Numbered from the stretch's first letter, positions 46,900 to 55,413 are shown. The stretch is DNA of 56,874 nucleotides from a bacterium (GCA_030647115.1 JAUSJZ010000040.1:1-56874), one strand, 5' to 3'. The notes: generated by a model not told the origin, from the letters alone. Numbers and translations are program-made.

Positions 46900-47973
46900 T
46901 TATATACGATTAGCGCCGCCCGGCTGCTTAGCCAGACTAACGTTTTTACAGTGCCAGACGGCGTTATCTTCTTCAGAATATTCAATGATACGCTGTCGCG
47001 TCTCGGGGTCGTCACACAAGATTAAGAAACAACCGCCGCCGCCCGCTCCCATAATGCGTATCAGTTTTACCGCCTCTAAATCACGAACCCGATTGTAAAA
47101 CGGTTGGGCGTGGGCGGGAATAACACCCGGGTCCATGGTAATTTTCAGCTCCCAAGACTGCTTGGCCGCCGCAGCGAAACGATCAATCTGGTAATCGACC
47201 AGCGCTCGGGCGGCATCACGAGTCATTTCAGACATCTGTCGCATCAGCGCCACACTCGGTTTCTGGCCGTCAATGTGTTGCGCGGCCGTTGCCATCCGTT
47301 CGTTAATGCGAAAGATCATCAAAGAATCAGATAGCCAAGCGACCGACTCGGCCGGAAAAGTATAGGCCTCTTCGTAAACGGGTCTAGTGTAAACCCAACC
47401 GCTAACATCCACCGCCCGTCTAATGGGCATGGAGATGAGGGGTGAACCGGTGAGATTGATAGCCAACGAGCCTAGATAATCTTGTACGCCATTGCTTTTA
47501 CCTAAAGATAAATTGTTTTCGGTCGGGCCGGTTTCGAGAAAAGCGGCGAGGCGCACCTCATCTTGGGGGGATAGCGGTACCGACCAGTGTTTCCAAGACC
47601 AGAGGGCGTGATTGAGCGAGAGCATGAGGGCGCAAGAACCACCGAGACCCATCTGGGCCGGTACGTCGGCGTTGACATCAATCTGGCACGGGCCGACTTT
47701 GTGGTGGAGTACGGCTGCCCGCACGTAATCGTGTTTAATGTCGTGGGGGTCAGCCACCGTATCGCGGGTGTCGCCCGCTTTGACGAAATAAGTGCGGTTA
47801 TCGTAAGAATGGTAGATTCTGGTCTCGACGGCCCACTGCAGCGCCACGGCCAGCATAAAACCATCGACACCGTAATCAATAATGGCGTCACGGCGATCCA
47901 TACTACCCAAACTGGCCCGCACGCTTTTGCCCGCCCGAATGCCGTTCATGTGGATTGATTCGCGATAACTCAT
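46900..47973 (-). CDS. GHMP-family sugar kinase, divergent HddA (heptose-7-phosphate kinase)-like
   Basis: ADVPAQMGLGGSCA (PxxxGLGSS-like), GVQD, SWELK, IMGAGGGGCFL; sits between gmhA and gmhB. Confidence 0.78.
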   Translation of the reverse strand: MSYRESIHMNGIRAGKSVRASLGSMDRRDAIIDYGVDGFMLAVALQWAVETRIYHSYDNRTYFVKAGDTRDTVADPHDIKHDYVRAAVLHHKVGPCQIDVNADVPAQMGLGGSCALMLSLNHALWSWKHWSVPLSPQDEVRLAAFLETGPTENNLSLGKSNGVQDYLGSLAINLTGSPLISMPIRRAVDVSGWVYTRPVYEEAYTFPAESVAWLSDSLMIFRINERMATAAQHIDGQKPSVALMRQMSEMTRDAARALVDYQIDRFAAAAKQSWELKITMDPGVIPAHAQPFYNRVRDLEAVKLIRIMGAGGGGCFLILCDDPETRQRIIEYSEEDNAVWHCKNVSLAKQPGGANRI

Positions 47974-48036
47974 AGCCACAGCTTAGCCGAAACGTTATTA
48001 ATTTGCTACTATAAAAGCCAATCACTAATTTAATTT

Positions 48037-48612
48037 ATGGAAAACGCCACTCCTCAAACCTTCGTCAATGAGTATTTTGATAGCTTTGCCCGTCTAGTGA
48101 CCGAGGCCAAAACCCTGGCGCCCGATCTCAACACCGCTAAACACGTCTTACAAACCGCCGGTGAAAACGGCCAGACCATCTATCTTGTCGGTAACGGTGG
48201 CAGCGCCGCCATGGCTAGTCACCTCGCGGTTGATCTAACCAAAAGCGCCAAACTGCGAGCGATGACCTTTAACGACTCCTCCCTTTTTACCTGTTTAGCG
48301 AACGATCGTGGCCACGAAAACTGGATGGCCGAAGCAATCAGACACTACGGACGACCCAATGATGTTTTAATTGCCATCTCCTCTTCCGGCAACTCGGCCA
48401 ACGTGCGCAATGCCTGCGTTGCCGCCAAAGAGCTAAACTTCGCTCACGTTATCACTTTCTCCGGTTTCAAGGCGGACAATCCCTTGCGTCAGCTAGGTGA
48501 TCTCAATTTTTATGTCTCCGATTCGGGCTACAATCACGTCGAAAATATGCATCAGTTCCTGTTAACGTCGATTGTTGACCTCATTATCGGTAAGAGAGAG
48601 TACTCCTCGTAA
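48037..48612 (+). CDS. gmhA: Phosphoheptose (sedoheptulose-7-phosphate) isomerase, SIS domain
   Basis: VGNGGSAAMASHLAVD, TCLAND, DVLIAISSSGNSANV, VENMH. Confidence 0.88.
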   Translation: MENATPQTFVNEYFDSFARLVTEAKTLAPDLNTAKHVLQTAGENGQTIYLVGNGGSAAMASHLAVDLTKSAKLRAMTFNDSSLFTCLANDRGHENWMAEAIRHYGRPNDVLIAISSSGNSANVRNACVAAKELNFAHVITFSGFKADNPLRQLGDLNFYVSDSGYNHVENMHQFLLTSIVDLIIGKREYSS

Positions 48613-48641
48613 AAAAAGGTCCCGCGGGGTGCGGGTACCTT
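48611..48641 (-). terminator. Intrinsic terminator for the small minus-strand ORF
   Basis: Minus strand AAGGU(A)CCCGC-ACCCC-GCGGGACC followed by seven U. Confidence 0.7.
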
Positions 48642-48661
48642 GAGAACGGTCGAGCTCGAAC

Positions 48662-48835
48662 CTACAGCTTCGACTCGAAGAGGTCGCAGTGCAGGTGCGG
48701 TCGGTGCTCGGCGACGGCTTCGGAGATAGCGGTCAGGTCGGTGCCTTTCAGCTGGTTGACCTGCTGCCAGGCCTCGACCACCACCTTGTCGGCCGCCGGC
48801 CCTTCCACGAGAGCCAGAAAGTGTTCAGCATTCAC
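48662..48835 (-). CDS. Small protein (57 aa), not in the ORF track
   Basis: GGAGG SD 8 nt before GTG; MNAEHFLALVEGPAADKVVVEAWQQVNQLKGTDLTAISEAVAEHRPHLHCDLFESKL*; strong G/C third-position bias; terminator follows. Confidence 0.7.
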   Translation of the reverse strand: MNAEHFLALVEGPAADKVVVEAWQQVNQLKGTDLTAISEAVAEHRPHLHCDLFESKL

Positions 48836-48901
48836 GGCGTTTTCCTCCGATTAAGCTAATATAGCCGCTTTGGCCACGCCTGACAAATAGCGTGGTTTTT
48901 G

Positions 48902-49648
48902 TTACTTGCCGACCAGTTTAAAGTGCGGCTGATCGTAGTAGTGCAATATATGTAAGCGATACCAGACGGCCAGCATGTCATTAAACATTTTACGGATGGC
49001 TTTCAGGTTAGCCGCCCCACCACCGGCATCGTTAAAGTGCATATTCACCGGTGCCTCAAAGAACCGCTTGTAGCCCAGTTTTTTGGCAATCACCAACAAC
49101 TCCAAATCAAAGGCGTACTGCTTGACCGTAGCTCGGGGCATGACATCCTCAATTAGCTTCCGCTTGGCCACTTTCAAACCGGTCTGGGTGTCACTGACAT
49201 CGAGCCGAAAGAGCAGCCGAATCAGCATGCGCCAACCCCAACTGAAGATACGGCGCGATTTGGGGTAATTTACCTTACTGGCCGGGTGCACTTTACTACC
49301 CACCACAATATCGGCATCAAAGATCTCGAGCAGTTTAACGAACCGGTCAATATGATCGGGGTGAAAGTCACCGCCGGCATCAAAGAAGGTGACAATCTCA
49401 CCCTGACTGTGTTTGACTCCATAATAGATGGCGTAGCCCTTGCCGCGGTTGGGAGTGTAAGAGAGCACCCGCAGGTAAGAGCAGTTGACCGTTTTGGCTT
49501 TGGCGGCCGTCTCGTCGGGGCTGCCATCAACGACCACAATTATCTCTTTTGAATAGTCCAGTTTATCGAGCTCATCACGAAGATTGCGAATCGTTCGGGC
49601 AATGTTCGCCTCTTCTTTATAGGCCGGTATAATAACCGATAATTTCAT
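48902..49648 (-). CDS. Glycosyltransferase family 2, polyprenyl-phosphate sugar synthase-like (DPM/DPG synthase)
   Basis: LSVIIPAYKEE, VVDGSPDET, NRGKGYA, FFDAG, DIVVGSK, SDTQTGLK, YAFDLELL. Confidence 0.9.
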   Translation of the reverse strand: MKLSVIIPAYKEEANIARTIRNLRDELDKLDYSKEIIVVVDGSPDETAAKAKTVNCSYLRVLSYTPNRGKGYAIYYGVKHSQGEIVTFFDAGGDFHPDHIDRFVKLLEIFDADIVVGSKVHPASKVNYPKSRRIFSWGWRMLIRLLFRLDVSDTQTGLKVAKRKLIEDVMPRATVKQYAFDLELLVIAKKLGYKRFFEAPVNMHFNDAGGGAANLKAIRKMFNDMLAVWYRLHILHYYDQPHFKLVGK

Positions 49649-51069
49649 TAGAATCGGGGGGTAGCCGCGTCAGACCAGACCGGTTGTGGGGTGAGGGTGG
49701 CTGTATCAGTTGTAGCAGAAATGGGGACATTGACGCTAGTGTTTACACCGGTATCAACCCGCGGACGACCGATGGAGGCGTAGGTAAACCCTTCGGCCGC
49801 CATCTCGTGCGGCTCGTAGACGTTACGGGTGTCAAAGATTACGGGCGCGCGCATTAACTTCTTCATCGTCACCTTGTCGAGCGAGATAAACTCATTCCAC
49901 TCGGTCAAAATCATCAAGGCGTCGGCGTCAGTGATAGCCTCGTAGGGGTTTGGATGATAATTTACGTCTTTAAATAACTCCCGGGCTTTCTCTTGGGCTA
50001 CCGGGTCAAAGGCGTGAATTTCGGCCCCTTTAGCCTGCAGTGCCGGAATCACCGTGGTCGAAGCGGCATCGCGCAGATCGTCGGTTTCGGGTTTGAAAGC
50101 CAGCCCCCAGATAGCCACTCTCTTACCCGCCACCGAGCCCATCAGCTCTTCCAGTCGTGGCACTAACAGTTGGCGGTGCTCGTTGTTAACAACATCAACC
50201 ATGCGTAACACTTTCAAATCGACCCCGTGGTCAGCGGCGATGGAGACGATTCCTCTGATATCTTTGGGAAAACACGAACCGCCGTAACCGGGGCCGGCGG
50301 CTAAAAAGGCCTGTTTGCCGATGCGGCGGTCAAGTTTCATGCCCTCACTCACCTTTTCAATATCGGCCCCGACCTTTTCACAGAGCCACGACAAATTGTT
50401 GATAAAACTGATACTCATGGCCAAGAAAGAGTTAGAGGCGTACTTGATCATCTCGGCCGTCTGCACGTCGGTAAACAAGATGGGCGCATCAAAAGGGCGG
50501 TATAGCTCTTCCATCACGGCCCGACTACCCGGGTGACCGTCACCGATAACAATGCGGTCGGGATGCAGACAGTCACTCACCGCCTGACCTTCACGCAAAA
50601 ACTCGGGGTTAGAGACGACATCAAAATCGCCCCGGTAGTTGGTACTGATAATCTCTCGGACTTGGTTGGCGGTACCGACCGGTACGGTGGATTTGTTGAC
50701 GATAACCCGAAAGAACTGCTGCTCGGACGGCAACGAAGCCAGCGCTCGGCCCACATCGGTACTCGCCGCTCGCATGGAGCTCATATCAACCGAACCGTCA
50801 TCGGCCGAAGGGGTATCGACCGCGTTAAAGATTACCTGGGCCTCGCGTACCGCTTCGAGATGCTCGGTGGTAAAGTGCAGGCGAGAGGCCGCAATGTTAC
50901 GGGTGATCAGTTCGGCTAAACCCGGTTCGTAAATAGGGGACTTGCCTTCTCGCAACAAGGCTATCTTGGCGGCATTGATATCCACACAAATAACGTTGTT
51001 GCCGAGTTCGGCGAAGATGGTACCCGTGACCAAACCGACGTAACCGGTACCGATAATGGCGATGTTCAT
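49648..51069 (-). CDS. ugd: UDP-glucose 6-dehydrogenase
   Basis: IIGTGYVGL, PIYEPGL, NKSTVPVGT, SNPEFLREG, AEMIKYASN, GYGGSCFPKD, GLAFKPETDDLR. Confidence 0.96.
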   Translation of the reverse strand: MNIAIIGTGYVGLVTGTIFAELGNNVICVDINAAKIALLREGKSPIYEPGLAELITRNIAASRLHFTTEHLEAVREAQVIFNAVDTPSADDGSVDMSSMRAASTDVGRALASLPSEQQFFRVIVNKSTVPVGTANQVREIISTNYRGDFDVVSNPEFLREGQAVSDCLHPDRIVIGDGHPGSRAVMEELYRPFDAPILFTDVQTAEMIKYASNSFLAMSISFINNLSWLCEKVGADIEKVSEGMKLDRRIGKQAFLAAGPGYGGSCFPKDIRGIVSIAADHGVDLKVLRMVDVVNNEHRQLLVPRLEELMGSVAGKRVAIWGLAFKPETDDLRDAASTTVIPALQAKGAEIHAFDPVAQEKARELFKDVNYHPNPYEAITDADALMILTEWNEFISLDKVTMKKLMRAPVIFDTRNVYEPHEMAAEGFTYASIGRPRVDTGVNTSVNVPISATTDTATLTPQPVWSDAATPRF

Positions 51070-52040
51070 GCTAAATTTTTATTGCTCTTCATTGATTCAA
51101 TCATACGTTGCAGCCCCACTTCAAGGTTGATAGTCGGCTCCCAGTGTAAATTATCTCGCGCCACTTTTATATCGGGCTGACGTTGCTTCGGGTCGTCGCT
51201 TGGCAACGGAGCGGTGGTTAGTTTGGATATTGAGTGGGTGAGTTCAATTACCTTTTCGGCCAACTGCTTGATGGTAAACTCACCGGGGTTGCCGATGTTC
51301 ACCGGACCTTCAAAATCGCTTTCGAGCATCGCTAGCTGGCCCTTCACCTGATCATCAACGTAACAGAACGAGCGGGTCTGCGAACCGTCACCGAATAAAG
51401 TTATGGGTTCGCCGGCCAGAGCCTGTTTAATAAAATTGGTCATCACCCGGCCGTCTGACGGGCGCATGCGGGGACCGTAGGTATTGAAGATGCGAGTGAC
51501 ACCGGTGTTCACCTTAAACAGCTTGCGATAGCTAAAAATTAAAGCCTCGGCGAACCGTTTACCTTCGTCGTAACAGCTGCGCTCACCGTAAGAGTTAACA
51601 TTGCCCCAGTAAGTCTCGCGTTGGGGGTGCTCAAGTGGGTCACCGTAGACTTCAGAGGTCGAGGTGTGGGTGAAACGAGCGCCGTCGCGACGGGCGAGTG
51701 CCAGCAGATGATCAACCCCGGCTGCACAGACCCGCATGGTCTCAAGCGGCTTCTCTTGATAATCGATAGGGGAGGCCGGACAGGCTAAATTGGCGATCTT
51801 CGTAAAGTGCTGTCCGGTGATGGCCGGCGGTAAGGGTTCAATAATATCGTGTTCGATGAAGGTAAATAGCGGGTTGCCCTCAAGCTGGGCCAGGTTTCCC
51901 CTATTACCGGTAATAAAGTTATCCACAGCCACCACTTCATAACCCTTGGCTATCAGGGCATCCGTCAGATGAGAGCCTAAAAAGCCGGCCGCGCCGGTCA
52001 CTAAAACTTTACCCGGTTGATCAGTCGATGGTGTCGCCAT
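51066..52040 (-). CDS. uxs: UDP-glucuronate decarboxylase (UDP-xylose synthase)
   Basis: VTGAAGFLGSHL, NLACPASP, STSEVYGDPLEHPQRETYWGNVN, RSCYDEGKR, RIFNTYGPRM, GDGSQTRSFCYVDD, DDPKQRQPDI. Confidence 0.93.
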   Translation of the reverse strand: MATPSTDQPGKVLVTGAAGFLGSHLTDALIAKGYEVVAVDNFITGNRGNLAQLEGNPLFTFIEHDIIEPLPPAITGQHFTKIANLACPASPIDYQEKPLETMRVCAAGVDHLLALARRDGARFTHTSTSEVYGDPLEHPQRETYWGNVNSYGERSCYDEGKRFAEALIFSYRKLFKVNTGVTRIFNTYGPRMRPSDGRVMTNFIKQALAGEPITLFGDGSQTRSFCYVDDQVKGQLAMLESDFEGPVNIGNPGEFTIKQLAEKVIELTHSISKLTTAPLPSDDPKQRQPDIKVARDNLHWEPTINLEVGLQRMIESMKSNKNLA

Positions 52041-53385
52041 AACTTGTTTTCATTAGTAGGCTTAACTGTTCTCGCTTCCCTATTAGATAGATGAATATTT
52101 GTAGCATCAGCAAAGTGGTCTGGGTGACAATGACCATCTGGATGACCTGCACCAAACTACCGTGGAAGAGGGTGATTAAGACAATCTCCATTACCGACAT
52201 TACCCCCAGGGGAATTAAGAAGGAGTAGTCTTTCAGAGCCAAGAAGTAATTGGTCATAACGTTGACTAAACCGTAGACCAAGAAGATGACGGTCATGGGG
52301 ACTAAATACTGGGAGACGTGCACGTAGTCGGGTGTCAAGAGACCGACAATTGCCGCCGGCGCCGCCGCAAAGATACCTAAGATAACTACCGACGATAGCA
52401 TGACAGCTACTAAAGTTGTCAACAGCAATTTATAGTGTTTTACCCCCTGTTTTAACCGCTCGGCAATCATGGGGAACATTACCGTCACCACCGGCCCGGT
52501 GACGTAGAAGACCAACTTGGCCAGGGTTGAGAGGGTGGCGTATTCACCGGCATTGTCGGGCGTTAACCCGGTACCCATCATTGAGAATTTCTTCACTAGA
52601 ATTATATCGACATTCATCAACAGCGACATAAAGATAAACATGACCATGGTCGGCCAGGCGTATTTGATAATCGCCGCTCCGTCTAATTTGACCGCCTCAA
52701 ACTTAGCCCGCGCCAAATCGCGCAACGGCCAAAACGATAGTAGATAAGCGACCAATGTGCCGGCCACAATGGCTCCCAAAGCGGCCGCCACCGTACCCGG
52801 ATGCGATATTTTTAGGGTATGGCCCAAAACACCGGCGATCGCTTGGTTAATTCCTAAACCGGTCAGGGGAACCAGTAATACCAACCCGAACAAAATACGA
52901 GCAAACGAATCGGCCACCATATTGAAAGAGAGACCGGCGAACTGCTGCCGCCCCTGTAAAATACCGCGATTGATTGGTACCAATAACTGATACAAGAACA
53001 TGGAACCGATGACGACCACCGCCCCTTTCAGAGCCGGGTCATCAGCCGCATTAAAAAAAGCACCGATGGCGTGCGGGAATAACAGAAACAGGGCAAAGAT
53101 GAGCAGCCCGATGGGGGCCAACCGCCGGGTGAGGGTGGATAACAGCGCTTTGAGGTGGGGATGACTACCTTCGGCCTGATAATCGGCACTGTAGCGGGCC
53201 GCGACAGTCTGAACGGTACCGACCGGCACGTTCAAAATAGCCACCGCTCCGAGCAGCGCCGTATAGGTGGCGAAGTCGGCCGGCGTGAGCGCCCGGTTGA
53301 TAAAAAGATTGTAGACGTAGTTCAAGGCGCTCATCAGCAGGGTGCCGAGAATGAGTATCAGACTGCCAGACAAAAATTTCTTCAT
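52021..53385 (-). CDS. Wzx-type flippase / polysaccharide biosynthesis membrane protein
   Basis: LNYVYNLFINRALTPADFATY, RGILQG.QQF, LMNVDIILVK, AGEYATLSTLAK, VMFP; about 12 TM helices. Confidence 0.88.
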   Translation of the reverse strand: MKKFLSGSLILILGTLLMSALNYVYNLFINRALTPADFATYTALLGAVAILNVPVGTVQTVAARYSADYQAEGSHPHLKALLSTLTRRLAPIGLLIFALFLLFPHAIGAFFNAADDPALKGAVVVIGSMFLYQLLVPINRGILQGRQQFAGLSFNMVADSFARILFGLVLLVPLTGLGINQAIAGVLGHTLKISHPGTVAAALGAIVAGTLVAYLLSFWPLRDLARAKFEAVKLDGAAIIKYAWPTMVMFIFMSLLMNVDIILVKKFSMMGTGLTPDNAGEYATLSTLAKLVFYVTGPVVTVMFPMIAERLKQGVKHYKLLLTTLVAVMLSSVVILGIFAAAPAAIVGLLTPDYVHVSQYLVPMTVIFLVYGLVNVMTNYFLALKDYSFLIPLGVMSVMEIVLITLFHGSLVQVIQMVIVTQTTLLMLQIFIYLIGKREQLSLLMKTSYGDTID

Positions 53386-53392
53386 GGTTTTA

Positions 53393-53407
53393 ATTGTAAG
53401 CTACAAT
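53393..53407. promoter_or_regulatory. Back-to-back -10 boxes serving two divergent genes
   Basis: ATTGTA-AGC-TACAAT; TACAAT on each strand, 7 nt and 8 nt from the ATGs at 53385 and 53416. Confidence 0.65.
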
Positions 53408-53415
53408 AGAGTCGT

Positions 53416-55398
53416 ATGCAAAGGAGGTCATTAGACGGAGTGCGGCCCCCTTCTTCTTTGGGTGTTAAGACACCCCCTGTTGCTGTTGCTCAAAAACCGT
53501 CTGCGACGGCCCAGGCGACTCCGCCCAGTCCGTCGGGACAGCAACGACCGGTTGGCTGGGAGTTCGGCTCCGGCCGAACCGGTACTCCAATCTGGCGCTG
53601 GCGGCCCCAACCACACCACCGCGCCTGGTTTCGTTTTGGAGCATCAGGCTTATTATTATCAATGGCCCTACTCTTGGTACTCTTCTTACATAACGACCAG
53701 AACCTTAAAGTAGCGCTCACCGGCGCGGGCACCGGGGTAGAATCGCTCTTAGCCGGCTCGCAGTACGCTCTCTTCGAACCCGATAAAGCCCGCGCCGCCT
53801 TTGACGTCTCGGCCAGTAGTTTTGACTCCTCGGCTGACGCTATCAAAGACTTAGACAGCCTCTCCAAATCGCTCTTCATCGCCCCCTACGCCCGCGATTC
53901 GATCCAACTATTACGCATTGGGCGGCACGCCTCGAAAGCCGGTCAGGCTTTTACCCGCGCCCTGGCCGACCGGCCACCGACGGCCACCCCCACCACCATG
54001 AACGAAGCCATCAGCCAGAAAACCACTTATATCAGTGGCTGGCAGGCCAAACACCAGGACGACCTCAACGAAGCGCTGGCCAATTTAGCGGCCATGCAAC
54101 AGCTCTTAGGTAAAGTGAATCTAGATCATCTACCGAGGGCCCTGCGGGAGCAGTTAGGCACTTGGCAAGATCGTATCCCGACCCTGACCAAAAGGGCCCA
54201 GGCGACGGTCAACTTGCTTCAAGCCACCCCCGAACTCTTCGGTAGTTTGGGCCCACGGCGCTACGTCGTCTTATTTCAGAACAACACCGAACTGCGCCCA
54301 ACGGGCGGTTTCATTGGCAGCTACGCCACTTTAGAATTTGACCAACAACAGGTTACTAACTTCTACGTCCAAACGAATATCTGGAAGTCGGACACCGCTT
54401 TCTCGGCCAAATATCCCATTAAACCGCCGTACCCCATTGATCAGGCAACCACCGTCTGGGCGATGCGCGACGCCAACTGGGATATAGACTTTCCCGGCAC
54501 GGCCAAACAGGTATTAGACTTCTACCACAAAATGTACGGCCAGCCGGCTCACGGCGTCATCGGCATTGACACCAGTATTATTTTGCAGCTGCTCAATGTC
54601 ACCGGCCCCATCGATTTTCCCGAATATCAGACCCAACTCGACAGCTCCAATTTTCTGTCAGTCGTCCAATACAAGGTCGAGATCGAATATTTCAAGAACA
54701 AGGCCAACAAGGTGGATAACGAGCCGAAACAGATTATCTCTGATTTTATGCCTAAGTTCTTCGCCAAGTTAAGTACCCTGAAGGGTGAACAGGCAGCCGC
54801 CGTGAACAAGATTTTAGTAGAGGCGTTGGCCCGTAAGAGTATCCAAATATATACTATTCAACCGGATGCCGAACAGGCGTTGGTGACCTTAGATGTCGCC
54901 GGTCAGGTGAAAACCACCAGTAGCGATTATTTATATCTGAACAACGCTAATATGGGCGGGGGTAAATCGAGTCTGAACGTCACCCAAGAGGTCAATTTGA
55001 AACAGAATAGTGCCGGGCGGCCGCTCGAAAATACGCTCGAAATTACCCGCACCCACCACGGTAACGGGGTCTGGCCCGACGCCGACAACGTCAACTACCT
55101 GCGCATCATGGTACCGCGCGGTTCGACCCTGGTGAAAACCGATGGGGCTTTTGAACTCCACGCCACCACCGAAGAAGATGGCAAAACGGTCTTTGCCGGC
55201 TGGTTTAACACTCCCGTCGCCAGTAAACGGTTCGCGACCATTACTTATCGTCTGCCCGATACCATCGGCAAAGACAATTATTCGCTCTTGCTGCAACGCC
55301 AGCCGGGCGATAACGCCACCACCTATCATTTTGAATCATCTTTGTTACCCAACCAGTCGGTGGTTCTGAACACCGATACTTTGTTAAAAAAGAAATAG
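53416..55398 (+). CDS. DUF4012-domain membrane-anchored protein
   Basis: TM helix, helical stalk, then GPRRYVVLFQNNTELRPTGGFIGSYA, MRDANWDIDFP, GVIGID, NANMGGGKS, NYLRIMVPRGS. Confidence 0.88.
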   Translation: MQRRSLDGVRPPSSLGVKTPPVAVAQKPSATAQATPPSPSGQQRPVGWEFGSGRTGTPIWRWRPQPHHRAWFRFGASGLLLSMALLLVLFLHNDQNLKVALTGAGTGVESLLAGSQYALFEPDKARAAFDVSASSFDSSADAIKDLDSLSKSLFIAPYARDSIQLLRIGRHASKAGQAFTRALADRPPTATPTTMNEAISQKTTYISGWQAKHQDDLNEALANLAAMQQLLGKVNLDHLPRALREQLGTWQDRIPTLTKRAQATVNLLQATPELFGSLGPRRYVVLFQNNTELRPTGGFIGSYATLEFDQQQVTNFYVQTNIWKSDTAFSAKYPIKPPYPIDQATTVWAMRDANWDIDFPGTAKQVLDFYHKMYGQPAHGVIGIDTSIILQLLNVTGPIDFPEYQTQLDSSNFLSVVQYKVEIEYFKNKANKVDNEPKQIISDFMPKFFAKLSTLKGEQAAAVNKILVEALARKSIQIYTIQPDAEQALVTLDVAGQVKTTSSDYLYLNNANMGGGKSSLNVTQEVNLKQNSAGRPLENTLEITRTHHGNGVWPDADNVNYLRIMVPRGSTLVKTDGAFELHATTEEDGKTVFAGWFNTPVASKRFATITYRLPDTIGKDNYSLLLQRQPGDNATTYHFESSLLPNQSVVLNTDTLLKKK

Positions 55399-55413
55399 GC
55401 GCCGCGGGGCGCC
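55385..55413 (-). terminator. Possible terminator between the convergent DUF4012 and YdcF-like genes
   Basis: Minus strand GGCGCC-CCGC-GGCGCC followed by UAUUUCUUUUUU. Confidence 0.5.
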
